From NCBI GenBank assembly GCA_036782995.1, contig DAIPXZ010000001.1:1-64000 (forward strand): DNA of 64,000 nucleotides, read 5' to 3'. Below the pieces are notes generated by a model. That model did not search any database. It was not told where the DNA came from and worked only from the letters and a program-made list of their open reading frames with translations. This DNA is from Bacillota bacterium (GTDB lineage: Bacteria; Bacillota; Clostridia; Saccharofermentanales; Saccharofermentanaceae). Position 1 is the first letter of the stretch. Every line of letters begins with the position of its first letter. This document shows, piece by piece, positions 18,354-28,256 of this stretch. The position numbers and the translations under genes were made by a program.

Positions 18354-19025
18354 ATGTATCGTATTTTTGTTGTAGAGGATGATGAAATCATCGCAAAATC
18401 ATTGGCATCTCATTTGGAGAAATGGAATTACGAAGTCATTTTAGTAAATGATTTTTCTAAAGTAGCTGAGGAATTCGTTGCCGCAGAGCCACATTTGGTG
18501 CTCCTTGATATCGTCCTTCCCTTTTTTAATGGTTTTCATTGGTGCACTCAGATACGCCAAATCTCAGATTTACCCATTCTTTTTCTCTCGTCGGCATCGG
18601 ACAACATGAACATGGTTATGTCGATGAATATGGGCGCTGACGATTTTGTTGCGAAGCCCTTTGATTTGAACGTCCTAACGGCAAAGATTCAGGCACTTTT
18701 ACGCCGCTCCTATTCGGTTACACAAACGATGAATGTCATCTCTCATGGTGGCCTTCTCCTGAATCTCTTAGACAATACGCTTGAGTCTAACGGGCAGAAA
18801 ACTGACCTTACCAAGAACGAATTTAAGATTTTGCAAACGCTTCTCGAACAAGCCGGTCGGATTGTATCTCGCGAAGTATTGATGGAGCGCCTCTGGGAAA
18901 GTGACAGCTTCGTCGACGACAATACGTTGACCGTCAATATGACACGCCTTCGCAAAAAACTACGTGAAATCGGGCTTCCCGATTTCGTCAGCACAAAGAA
19001 AGGACTCGGATATATCATTGACTGA
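18354..19025 (+). CDS. OmpR-family response regulator (BceR-like)
   Basis: A receiver domain (VVEDDEIIAKSL...LLDIVLP) is followed by a winged-helix trans_reg_C domain (...TVNMTRLRKKL...GLGYII). Confidence 0.9.
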   Translation: MYRIFVVEDDEIIAKSLASHLEKWNYEVILVNDFSKVAEEFVAAEPHLVLLDIVLPFFNGFHWCTQIRQISDLPILFLSSASDNMNMVMSMNMGADDFVAKPFDLNVLTAKIQALLRRSYSVTQTMNVISHGGLLLNLLDNTLESNGQKTDLTKNEFKILQTLLEQAGRIVSREVLMERLWESDSFVDDNTLTVNMTRLRKKLREIGLPDFVSTKKGLGYIID

Positions 19026-20058
19026 ACACGACACGAAAAAAGCAAAGAAAAGGACGATTCTCTCGTACCTTCTACGTCTGATATGGGCCGACAAGTATTC
19101 GTTGACCTGTGCTTTAATTTGTAGTGTCATCTGCATTTTCGTAATGCTCCTTTATGGTGTCTATTGGGAAGTCATCGCTTATACAATGCTCCTTTGCTTC
19201 ACTTCTGTCCTTGCATTCCTCATTCTTCGCTTTATTCGTCTATGGAATAAACATAATGATTTGCAAAGACTTCTTCTAAACATCGACGCCTTGCTCGGCG
19301 AATTACCGCGTTCTTTTTCTCCACTGGAAGATGATTATCAAGAACTACTTGTTGCGCTCAATCAAGCAAGAAGCCGTTCCGCGACTGATTTTCACACTGC
19401 ACAACAAGAGATGAGCGATTACTACTCCATGTGGGCGCATCAAATAAAGACCCCCATTGCCGCAATGTCATTGATGCTACAAGACATGGAAGACGGCACC
19501 GCCAACAAAAATGAGTTGGTAGCACAGCTCTTTTCCATCGAGCAATATGTAGATATGGTCATGCATTATGTGCGAATGGATTCGATTCATTCCGATTTAG
19601 CCTTTGCTTATTTCCCCATCGATAAAGTAATTAAAGCAGTGGTAAAGAAACATGCGAGGTCCTTTATCTATCGGAAAATCGCTCTTGATTACGAAAAGCC
19701 TGACGACCGCGTGTTATCCGACGAGAAATGGCTGGGATTCGTGATTGACCAGGTGCTTTCAAACGCGCTGAAATACACAAAAACGGGTAAAATCCGCATC
19801 TATATGAATGATTCAATGACTTTGGTGATTGAAGACACCGGCATCGGTATTCGCCCCGAAGATTTACCCCGCGTATTCGAACGTGGATATACTGGGTTTA
19901 ACGGTCGAGCGAATAGTAAATCCAGTGGCATCGGACTCTTCCTCTGCAAAGAAATCATGAAACGCTTGGGACACTCCATCACTATTGAATCAACGTTGAA
20001 CCAAGGAACAAAGGTTTTCTTGCACCTTTCCCGTAAAGAGCTAAATGTCAGTGACTAA
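19018..20058 (+). CDS. intramembrane-sensing histidine kinase (BceS-like; 2 TM, no extracellular domain)
   Basis: Features are an H-box HQIKTPIAAMSLMLQ and a HATPase_c with G-boxes (DTGIGI, GIGLFL). Two N-terminal TM helices have almost no loop between them. The start is probably TTG at 19018, overlapping the RR stop; the longest ORF in the track begins at 18964 inside the RR gene. Confidence 0.8.
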   Translation: MTEHDTKKAKKRTILSYLLRLIWADKYSLTCALICSVICIFVMLLYGVYWEVIAYTMLLCFTSVLAFLILRFIRLWNKHNDLQRLLLNIDALLGELPRSFSPLEDDYQELLVALNQARSRSATDFHTAQQEMSDYYSMWAHQIKTPIAAMSLMLQDMEDGTANKNELVAQLFSIEQYVDMVMHYVRMDSIHSDLAFAYFPIDKVIKAVVKKHARSFIYRKIALDYEKPDDRVLSDEKWLGFVIDQVLSNALKYTKTGKIRIYMNDSMTLVIEDTGIGIRPEDLPRVFERGYTGFNGRANSKSSGIGLFLCKEIMKRLGHSITIESTLNQGTKVFLHLSRKELNVSD

Positions 20059-20093
20059 ATAAAAAACACATTTGAAAAATAAGGATTGTTTTT

Positions 20094-21488
20094 ATGAAGA
20101 ACAAAGAACTATACAAAATTGCTTTGGCCCTCGCCGTGCCGATGATGATTCAAAATGCTATCACTAATATGGTTGGTATGGTCGACAGCATCATGGTCGG
20201 AAGCCTTGGCACCGAAGCCATCACCGCTGTCTCCATTATCGGACAGCTTATTTTCGTCTTTAATCTCGGCATCTTCGGTTGCCTCTCCGGCCCCGGTATT
20301 TTCGGCGCACAATACTTTGGCAAGGGCGACCTCGAAAATGTCCGCAACACTTTCCGATTGAAGCTTTGGCTCTCCACACTCGTGGTTTTACTCGGCACGC
20401 TCGTTTTTATTTTCGGTGGAGACTTTCTCATTGCCCGGTATTTGCGAGGAGAGGCCGCCGACGTCGATTTGTCACTAACCGTTTCCATGGCCAAGGATTA
20501 CCTCGCGATTATGCTCTTCTCATTTCTGCCCTTTGCGTACACACAAGTATACGCAGGTACTCTACGCGAAACAGGAAGCTCCATTCCCGCCATGGCAGCA
20601 GGAATCGTCTCTGTCGTGACAGATATTGTTCTCAATTATTTGTTCATCTTCGGAAAATTCGGATGCCCACAGCTTGGTGTCCGTGGTGCCGCACTCGCGA
20701 CGGTCATTGCTCGTGTCGTCGAGTTTGTCGTGCTCGTCTCTTGGGTGCATTGGAACAAACATCGCTATGAGGTCATTCGCGGTATCTATCGTACCGTCCT
20801 TTTGCCCATTAAGCTCGCTCTCACTATCGTAAAAAATGGCTTGCCAATATTTCTAAACGAATTTATGTGGGCGGCAGGAATCGCAGTCATGACGCAATGC
20901 TATTCCATCCGTGGCATGGATATCGTTCCGGGGCTCAATATTGCCAATGTTTTAATGAATTTGTTTAATGTCGTTTTTATCGCCATGGGAAATGCCGTCG
21001 GTATTCTTTCGGGGCAACGTCTCGGTGCCTCAGAATTCGATCGTGCGAAAAAAGATGCCTTTGCACTCGCCCGATTCACCGGCCTGCTTTGCCTCGGATT
21101 AACAGTCATCTTATTGGGTTTATCCCAGTTCTTCCCGAACCTATACCACACATCAGATCAGGTGCGTCATCACGCGACACTTTTTATCATGATTCAAGCT
21201 GCTTTTTTACCCGTTCAGGGCATACTCAACGCCCTCTATTTCACCATTCGTTCTGGCGGTAAAACCATGATTACATTCTTGTTCGACAGTGTTTATTCCT
21301 GGGTAATTACTGTGCCGATTGCATTTCTTCTTTCCAATTTTACCGGGATATCCATCTTCATCATCTTCACCATCATCCAATGCTGTGATGTGATAAAGCT
21401 CTTGGTCGGCTGGTACCTCGTAAAAAAAGGCGTTTGGATTGTAAACATCGCTAATGCAAAAGGAAGCTCGGAGTCTGCTTCTACTTAA
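20094..21488 (+). CDS. MATE-family efflux transporter
   Basis: 464 aa with 12 TM helices. The N-terminus is typical of MATE (ALAVPMMIQNAITNMVGMVDSIMVGSLG). Confidence 0.85.
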   Translation: MKNKELYKIALALAVPMMIQNAITNMVGMVDSIMVGSLGTEAITAVSIIGQLIFVFNLGIFGCLSGPGIFGAQYFGKGDLENVRNTFRLKLWLSTLVVLLGTLVFIFGGDFLIARYLRGEAADVDLSLTVSMAKDYLAIMLFSFLPFAYTQVYAGTLRETGSSIPAMAAGIVSVVTDIVLNYLFIFGKFGCPQLGVRGAALATVIARVVEFVVLVSWVHWNKHRYEVIRGIYRTVLLPIKLALTIVKNGLPIFLNEFMWAAGIAVMTQCYSIRGMDIVPGLNIANVLMNLFNVVFIAMGNAVGILSGQRLGASEFDRAKKDAFALARFTGLLCLGLTVILLGLSQFFPNLYHTSDQVRHHATLFIMIQAAFLPVQGILNALYFTIRSGGKTMITFLFDSVYSWVITVPIAFLLSNFTGISIFIIFTIIQCCDVIKLLVGWYLVKKGVWIVNIANAKGSSESAST

Positions 21489-22650
21489 CCTTCGGAGGCA
21501 ATTTCAAAGAGGGAATCTTTGGCAATGCCAGACCCTTTTTTCTGTGTTCCTTTAAATTCAGATAGACCAAAATACGAATCGTGTCGATGATGTTTTCCTT
21601 CGTTTTGGCGTCAATTGATTTTGTCGCTTCGAGGATAGAATTCGCCTTATCACGCCACGTATCAGAGATTTCAAACACATTCTCCGTTCTGCTCGCTTGG
21701 ACAATATGGTAAATCGTATCGGCCACCGCGCGGCGTTTTTCGTCAGAAAGCGTCGCCACCCATGCATTCACCGTATTTACACGAATCTCCGCCTGCGGCG
21801 ATACCTCAGACGCATAGATGAAATCCGTCGCACCAACATACCAGGTAAACGGATCGTGTTGCGAAAGCCACATCGAAGTGCTCTCTACGATTTTGTGATT
21901 CGTCGGTATCTCCAAAAGCTGGCCAACCAATGAGGCCTTCGGAATATAATGCTCCACCTTATCACGAATTGGCTCGTATTCGGGAAGCTCGTGTATCGGA
22001 ATCTTGTACCCCGGACCATCAAAAGAATAGACCTTTTCAATTCGTTTCTGCACATCAAGTGGTGCATATGTTGCTGCGTACATCGCGCAATTTCCGCCCT
22101 TTGAATGTCCACCAACGAGAAGCTTTATTTTTTTCGGAAGATGTTTTGCCGCGTCCAAAAGATATGACAGTGCGTCTGCCTGGCAACCGACAGGAAACAT
22201 CGCCGCCATGTTAAAGTCTTCCTTCCATCCAACGAAGGTTCCGTTCGTTCCGCGATACGAAATATATGCCATCTCGTCGTCGATATTGCATGTCACGGCC
22301 GCAAATTGCTCTTCTTTCCCCAGGTCTTCAATCTCATGAAACCGCGTTAATTCAATCAATGAAAACCGTTGGCTTACTCGAATCGCTTCATAAAGCAGAA
22401 AACACTCGTCCGGAGAGGCAATTCTTTCAATTAGCGGAATCGCCGCCTCTTTCGCGGGCAACTCCCTGATGAGAATCTTTGAAGGACAAGGAGACCCTTT
22501 CCTGAGATAGTCCCCAATCACGAGCTCCCAATGGAAATAGCTGATATGAGATAGAATTACAGCATCCACCGAATTAAACGGTAACTCTTCAAAGGTACGT
22601 TGTTCTTCTTCGGCATATTGGATAATACTTCGCATCGTGAATCCCTCCAC
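21481..22650 (-). CDS. DUF2974/Mbeg1-like alpha/beta-hydrolase-like protein (lipase class-3-like GHSKGG motif)
   Basis: 389 aa with a LVGGHSKGG nucleophile-elbow motif. It is convergent with, and overlaps by 8 nt, the MATE gene. Confidence 0.65.
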   Translation of the reverse strand: MEGFTMRSIIQYAEEEQRTFEELPFNSVDAVILSHISYFHWELVIGDYLRKGSPCPSKILIRELPAKEAAIPLIERIASPDECFLLYEAIRVSQRFSLIELTRFHEIEDLGKEEQFAAVTCNIDDEMAYISYRGTNGTFVGWKEDFNMAAMFPVGCQADALSYLLDAAKHLPKKIKLLVGGHSKGGNCAMYAATYAPLDVQKRIEKVYSFDGPGYKIPIHELPEYEPIRDKVEHYIPKASLVGQLLEIPTNHKIVESTSMWLSQHDPFTWYVGATDFIYASEVSPQAEIRVNTVNAWVATLSDEKRRAVADTIYHIVQASRTENVFEISDTWRDKANSILEATKSIDAKTKENIIDTIRILVYLNLKEHRKKGLALPKIPSLKLPPKVK

Positions 22651-22748
22651 ACATCATAAACACTAGAAGTGGTATTAATTTGCAAAATAATTTTACCATA
22701 TTCTCGCCATCATTTTTACGCATTCAATCATTTATCTTATGAATGGTA

Positions 22749-22794
22749 TCTCAAACAACAAATAAACAGACCCTGCCATTTCTGGCAAGGTCTG
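22749..22794 (-). terminator. Rho-independent terminator after the BceB-like permease gene
   Basis: 12-bp stem cagaccctgcca/tggcaaggtctg (one mismatch) with a tttc loop. On the minus strand it is followed by tttatttgttgttt. Confidence 0.6.
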
Positions 22795-22831
22795 TTCAGT
22801 AAAGAGAGAATCATTACGTAAATTGGTTTAG

Positions 22832-24814
22832 TTATTTTTCAACGATGCGATAGTATGTTCTCGATGTAATGGCATAAACCAAAGCATAGAGCATAGCAAA
22901 AACCACAATCGTTCCCAAAAGACAGCGAATAAATAGCGCAGTATCAGTCAGGTTTAATAAAGCCAAAAGCTTCACAATGACAGGGTAAGCAAAGGTGATA
23001 TGAACACATGCAGTTGCCAGCGGCAAGAAGAAAACAATCAAAACCTGATTAAGAATCGTCTTTTTGACTTCTCCCTTATCCATACCGACACTTTGTAAGA
23101 TGTGAAATCTTTCTTTATCTTCATAACCTTCTGACAATTGTTTATAGTAAATGATCATAACGGTTGCCATGAGGAATAAGAGTCCGAGGAAGATGCCGAT
23201 AAAGAAGAGGCTACCATATATGGCGAAAAATTCTGAACGGCTTCCCTCTCTTGAGTTAACCCAAGCTCCGGATTCTGTGACCAATAAAGCATCATCTAGC
23301 TCTTCACTGAATGCAAGCTGCTCTTCCTCTGTCAAATCCACATAATCAAAGCTAATCTCATACTGAAAAGGAGCTGTTTCTGTGGTATATGGTCCTCCCT
23401 CAAGGTCATCTAATTCGAGCATTTTGAGCAATTGCTCATCGTCTTTCACGACGCAAACATACGTATCCACCACTGTACGGTCGTCACGGAAAATGGTCAT
23501 ATAATCAACATCCCCAACAATATCGTACAGATAATCGGCGATATGTACATCGTCTTCCTTAAACGAGCCGGCAACCTGGGAAAAAAGCACTTCATCATCT
23601 GCCAATGACACATCATTGCCCGTGCAATGGTTATAGTCATCCTGCGTAAAAATGCATATGCTGCAGTAATTTGTGCTACTGTCGCCTACGGAATCCGTTG
23701 TGAATTGATTGCCGCCCATATAGCCGGTCAAAGAAACGGAAGCCAATTCGATTCTATTTTCAACAGCAACTTCCTTTTCCTCAATGAAGGAATCTACACA
23801 CTCTAGTATTCTATCTCTGGCCTCATGATCTGCCTGAAAAGTATATATCTCCATTTCATATGGATAGATTTGTTTGAGCATGCCATCCATACCGATAAAC
23901 ATAGAGACCGTCGTGGAAAGCGTAACAAGAACGGCAGTAGACAGAATGCAAATGTTGGCAAGTCCGACAGCATTTTGCTTCATACGATAAAGCATGCCGG
24001 AAACATTAGTAAAATGATTTGACTTATAGTAGAACGATTTCCAATTGCGAAGCATTTTGATAAAAGCGATTGACCCAGCGGTAAATGTCGCATAGGTACC
24101 GACCATAACAAAGAGTACAGCAACGAAGAACATCGGTAACGAATTGAGCGGCGTCTTTACGTTTAGTGAAATAAAGTAACCAATACCTAGCGAGACGACA
24201 CCGATAATGGCGAGAAGCCATTTGGTTTTCGGTTCTTTTTCACCCACATTTCCACCACGCAAAAGCTCGACCGGTGATGAGATGGAGACCGTGCGAACGG
24301 TAGTGAGGAAGCTTGCAAAGAAGATTGCTGCAAACATTGCCACGGTAATCAAAATTGATTTGAAATCGAGGGAGAAGCCAAAGTTGATTTTATACCTTAT
24401 CACTCGAAAAAGAATCAAATAAAGAAGCTTCGATAAAAGCACGCCCGCCAGAATACCGGCGCCAATATTAATTCCCGACACAATCAAAGACTCTTGGAAT
24501 ACAAGACGCAACAAATGGCGTTTCCCCATGCCCAAAATATTCAAAAGTCCGAATTCTTTCTTTCTGCGTTTCACAAGAAAACTATTTGTGTAAAACAGAA
24601 ATATGCTGCAAAATAATCCGATTACGATGGTTCCAAACATCAACATAAGCTTAACACTGCTGCCTGCTGGTGCATCCATTACATCCGGGTTCTGTGCGAG
24701 CGAAATCATGTTAAAGAACATGGCAATTGACCCAATAGATGTCAACATATAAGGAAGGTAGGTCTGACGATTGTTCTTGATATTCGTCAGTGCTAAACGC
24801 GTGTACAAGCTCAT
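22832..24814 (-). CDS. FtsX-domain ABC transporter permease, BceB-like (10 TM with large extracellular loop)
   Basis: 660 aa with the typical BceB topology: 4 TM, a ~220-aa extracellular domain, then 6 TM. It overlaps the ATPase gene by 4 nt. Confidence 0.85.
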   Translation of the reverse strand: MSLYTRLALTNIKNNRQTYLPYMLTSIGSIAMFFNMISLAQNPDVMDAPAGSSVKLMLMFGTIVIGLFCSIFLFYTNSFLVKRRKKEFGLLNILGMGKRHLLRLVFQESLIVSGINIGAGILAGVLLSKLLYLILFRVIRYKINFGFSLDFKSILITVAMFAAIFFASFLTTVRTVSISSPVELLRGGNVGEKEPKTKWLLAIIGVVSLGIGYFISLNVKTPLNSLPMFFVAVLFVMVGTYATFTAGSIAFIKMLRNWKSFYYKSNHFTNVSGMLYRMKQNAVGLANICILSTAVLVTLSTTVSMFIGMDGMLKQIYPYEMEIYTFQADHEARDRILECVDSFIEEKEVAVENRIELASVSLTGYMGGNQFTTDSVGDSSTNYCSICIFTQDDYNHCTGNDVSLADDEVLFSQVAGSFKEDDVHIADYLYDIVGDVDYMTIFRDDRTVVDTYVCVVKDDEQLLKMLELDDLEGGPYTTETAPFQYEISFDYVDLTEEEQLAFSEELDDALLVTESGAWVNSREGSRSEFFAIYGSLFFIGIFLGLLFLMATVMIIYYKQLSEGYEDKERFHILQSVGMDKGEVKKTILNQVLIVFFLPLATACVHITFAYPVIVKLLALLNLTDTALFIRCLLGTIVVFAMLYALVYAITSRTYYRIVEK

Positions 24815-25575
24815 GCTGTTTCACCCCCAGACATCATTGCCGTAAGTGTTTCAGAAATCTTAGCATAAAGCTCCGAATTGCTCATGTTACCGCGATACAA
24901 CTGATGGAAAACAGACCCGTCTTTGATGAAAAGCACGCGCTTTGCATGGCTGGCCGCCTTCGTTGAGTGTGTAACCATAAGAATGGTTTGTCCCTTGTCA
25001 TTGATTTCAGAAAATTGAGAAAGCAAGCTATCCGTCGACTTCGAGTCCAATGCACCCGTCGGCTCATCCGCCAAAATAATCCTCGGATTCGTAATCAAGG
25101 CTCTTGCCACAGCTGTTCTTTGCTTTTGACCGCCAGAAATTTCATATGGATATTTCTTTAACAGATTTTGTATTCCAAGAAGCTCCGCAATCGGCTCCAT
25201 CTTTTTCTTCATTTCAGTATGTTTTTCGCCCGAAAGTACTAAAGGCAAATAAATGTTATCGGCAATATTGAGCGTATCTAAAAGATTGAAATCCTGGAAC
25301 ACGAAGCCCAAGTTATTTCGACGGAAAGCGGCAAGTTCTTTTTCCTTAATGGAAGCAAAGCTCTTTCCCATCAACTTCACCTCACCGGTGGTCGGCTTAT
25401 CAAGAGAAGCCAGGATATTCAATAGAGTCGTTTTACCCGATCCGGATTCACCCATTATCGCTACGTATTCGCCTTCTTCTACAGAAAAAGTTACATCGCG
25501 AAGTGCCTGCACCTGGTTTGCACCAAAGCGCGTCGTATAAATTTTTGATAGTTGATTAACCTCTAAAAGTGCCAT
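24811..25575 (-). CDS. ABC transporter ATP-binding protein, BceA-like
   Basis: It has Walker A GESGSGKTT, signature LSGGQKQR and Walker B ILADEPT motifs. The start was set at MALLEVNQ (ATG ending at 25575) with an AAAGGAGGA RBS; the longer track ORF lacks an RBS. Confidence 0.9.
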   Translation of the reverse strand: MALLEVNQLSKIYTTRFGANQVQALRDVTFSVEEGEYVAIMGESGSGKTTLLNILASLDKPTTGEVKLMGKSFASIKEKELAAFRRNNLGFVFQDFNLLDTLNIADNIYLPLVLSGEKHTEMKKKMEPIAELLGIQNLLKKYPYEISGGQKQRTAVARALITNPRIILADEPTGALDSKSTDSLLSQFSEINDKGQTILMVTHSTKAASHAKRVLFIKDGSVFHQLYRGNMSNSELYAKISETLTAMMSGGETA

Positions 25576-25682
25576 GTAATGATTCCTCCTTTGGAATGTC
25601 GTATTTCTTTTCTTTACGCTACAAGAATACGATATGAGGGAGGTGGTAACCATCGCTTTACCTTACAAATCGCGCGACTAAT

Positions 25683-25698
25683 CTTACAATATTGTAAG
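25683..25698. promoter_or_regulatory. perfect 16-bp palindrome CTTACAATATTGTAAG flanked by two TCGCGCGA palindromes, ~110 bp upstream of the bceA-like start (candidate response-regulator operator)
   Basis: The palindrome is seen directly in the sequence. An additional direct copy of CTTACAA sits at 25662-25668, and TCGCGCGA occurs at ~25671 and ~25734. Confidence 0.3.
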
Positions 25699-25774
25699 GT
25701 TTCTCCTCTTACGTTTATCTACAATACGTTCGCGCGAGTTGTCTTCCTACGCATACATGGCATTCATCTAAACA

Positions 25775-25807
25775 CGCAAAAAAGCCGCACATTTCCCCTA
25801 ATGCGGC
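25775..25807 (-). terminator. Rho-independent terminator after lipoprotein gene
   Basis: Stem gccgca/tgcggc with a 12-nt loop. On the minus strand it is followed by ttttttgcg. Confidence 0.5.
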
Positions 25808-25851
25808 CTCTGCTCCATAAACACAAACTCTCCGGAGGAAGAGCGGATGGA

Positions 25852-26502
25852 CTATATTGTTCCAATGATATCTTGCATTCCCCCAACATCAATGGAAAAA
25901 GCAATAATCAAGATGTTTGTTTCGTAATCACACTCGAGAACCATGGGAAAAAGGGAATCATTCACAATTAGCTCCATGCCATTCTCATCACTATTATCCT
26001 CGATATCGCTTGCATCATAGCAGTCGAAGATAAATGACTGTGCGTGATATTCAGCGCCCACCTTGCGGTCCTCATCTGTCGGGAATCGGACAACGTAGTA
26101 GTACTGAGAAGAATCCGAGACACTGGTTGCAACAAAGCCTTCACTCATATCAAAACCTAATGTGTCAGCGGTAGTAGAATTTCCTAAATCTTCAACGATA
26201 AAGTCCTCACTTTCGAGTAAATCTTTTATCGATTCCATCTCCAATGAGTAAACCTTCTCATTCGGATCATTGGTCGGCTCTGTCTCGCTAGGATCAATCG
26301 TTTCTATCGTGAAACTCGGCTCCTCTGTTTCAGTAGCCCGTTGGCGTTTCGTCGTCTCCTCGACAGTAGTCTCTATCGTGGTTTCTCTTCTTTCTCTTCT
26401 ACTACTTGAACCTTCGTCTTCATCGTCGCGCCTTACATTACAGCCTGACAAAATCACTGACGTAATCAGTATTCCGGAAAGTAGTAGCATTTCTTTTTTC
26501 AT
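25852..26502 (-). CDS. lipoprotein with acidic low-complexity linker, unknown function
   Basis: The start was set at MKKEMLLLSGILITSVILSGC (lipobox LSGC) with an AGGGGGGA RBS. An E/T/D/R-rich linker precedes a ~130-aa C-terminal domain. Confidence 0.65.
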   Translation of the reverse strand: MKKEMLLLSGILITSVILSGCNVRRDDEDEGSSSRRERRETTIETTVEETTKRQRATETEEPSFTIETIDPSETEPTNDPNEKVYSLEMESIKDLLESEDFIVEDLGNSTTADTLGFDMSEGFVATSVSDSSQYYYVVRFPTDEDRKVGAEYHAQSFIFDCYDASDIEDNSDENGMELIVNDSLFPMVLECDYETNILIIAFSIDVGGMQDIIGTI

Positions 26503-26764
26503 TTCGTTTGTCCCCCCTGTTTCTGGATTCATGATACAAGATAGTAAATGTCAATTCTGTAAATACGAAAATAATTTCACCCGTGTCCGTTGCATTTTGT
26601 TCACAAATTCATTTCGAACATGCAAGGCCCGCTTTGACAGCTTCAATGAATCGTATCTACACACTGCAAAAAGAGGCCGCCACGATACTCGTGACAGCCC
26701 CTTAATGTTATTTATAGAAGAGTAAGGTAATGATGGTATTTGTAAGTTACATAGATGCGACGAT

Positions 26765-28240
26765 TTATGCTTTCGTAACGGTAGCTGCAGATGATGTTTC
26801 CGCAATCGCTTCGCCAGCTCCCGCCAAATCAGCGGCATCGGCAACATTTTTCGCATTTACAGCAGAAGTATCCATCTTCTTTCCTAAGTAATCAGGAAGC
26901 TGCATACCTGCCATCTCAAAGATTTCATTCATCGGAGGCACGCTCTTCATAAGTCCGGATACAAAGTTCGCTGTGGAGCTTTTGCCGTCGCCATTGCTTC
27001 CTGCGCCGCTGTCCCAAACAGTAACCTTGTCGATCTTCAAGTCGCGGATTGCTTCGACCTGAATCTTCATCAAGGCCTCCATCTTATCGGCGAGCATGAG
27101 CATCATAGCATCTTTCGCATTGCCACCAGCAGCATCGACAATTTTCTCGAAACCAGCAGCTTGCTTGGTCAAAATCTCTTGCATACCACGAGCTTCTGCT
27201 TCCATCTTTGCATAGATAGCACTTGCTTCACCAACGGCTTGACGGCGAATTCTTTCACCTTCTGCTTCAGCAGCAAGCTCGATTTCACGTTTCTGAATCT
27301 CTGCCTTTACGATAACATCAGCTTCGAGTGTTGCTTTCTCACGAGCAGAACGAGAAAGCTCAGCTTCTTTTTCTGCAAGATATGCTTCTTCGAGGGCTTT
27401 AGCGGCTTGTACCTTTTCTGCAGCGATTGCGATACGCATCGACTCAGCAGCCTTCTCACGACGAAGCGCTTCGGATTGTGCAACTTCAATCTTCGCAGTG
27501 TTTTCACCTTGGATTGCGAGAGAGTTCGCAGATGCAACCTCGATACGCTGATCCTTCTGAGCAATCGCTTCACCAATAGAACCGTCGCGCTCTTTTTCAG
27601 CAACGTTCTTCTTCGCATCGTTGATTGCTTTTGCGGCAGCTTCTTTACCAAGAGCGGAGATATATCCGGATTCATCACTGATATCAGTAACGTTAACGTT
27701 AATCAAGCGAAGACCGATTTTCTTCAATTCTGTTTCCACGTTGCGGGAAACTGCTTCGAGGAACTTATCACGGTCGGTGTTGATTTCTTCGATGTCCATC
27801 GTTGCAATAACCAAACGAAGCTGACCGAAAATAATATCCTTCGCAAGGTCCTGAATGTCAACTAAATGAAGTCCGAGAAGACGCTCAGCTGCGTTTTGCA
27901 TAACGCCTTGTTCTGTCGAAATACCGACGGTAAAAATCGAAGGTACGTCAATACGAATGTTCTGACGAGAAAGAGCGCTCTTTAAGTCAACCGAGATAGA
28001 AATTGGTGTCAAATCGAGATAAGCATAAGATTGTATAATCGGCCATACAAAAGATGCACCACCATGAATACAACGAGAAGATCTTGTCGATCCATCCGTA
28101 TTTTTACCGACTTTACCATAGATGACCATGATGCGGTCAGAAGGGCACTTTCTAAAACGAGAAAGGAAAATCAGTAAGCAGGTAAATGCCAACACAGCAA
28201 CAATGATAAGAACAACGAGTACTTCAAAATCAAATGGCAT
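26765..28240 (-). CDS. flotillin-family SPFH/band-7 protein (FloT/YuaG-like)
   Basis: It has an N-terminal TM, an SPFH domain, and long Ala/Glu-rich coiled-coil repeats (EAxxAxKxx) typical of flotillins. Confidence 0.9.
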   Translation of the reverse strand: MPFDFEVLVVLIIVAVLAFTCLLIFLSRFRKCPSDRIMVIYGKVGKNTDGSTRSSRCIHGGASFVWPIIQSYAYLDLTPISISVDLKSALSRQNIRIDVPSIFTVGISTEQGVMQNAAERLLGLHLVDIQDLAKDIIFGQLRLVIATMDIEEINTDRDKFLEAVSRNVETELKKIGLRLINVNVTDISDESGYISALGKEAAAKAINDAKKNVAEKERDGSIGEAIAQKDQRIEVASANSLAIQGENTAKIEVAQSEALRREKAAESMRIAIAAEKVQAAKALEEAYLAEKEAELSRSAREKATLEADVIVKAEIQKREIELAAEAEGERIRRQAVGEASAIYAKMEAEARGMQEILTKQAAGFEKIVDAAGGNAKDAMMLMLADKMEALMKIQVEAIRDLKIDKVTVWDSGAGSNGDGKSSTANFVSGLMKSVPPMNEIFEMAGMQLPDYLGKKMDTSAVNAKNVADAADLAGAGEAIAETSSAATVTKA

Positions 28241-28256
28241 AGTATAATCCTCCTAT

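Noticed and set aside
20279-20770. 163-aa Arg-rich ORF inside the MATE gene (alternate frame)
   Set aside because: It is an out-of-frame overlap with a well-supported 12-TM transporter, and it is Arg/Cys-rich with no RBS.
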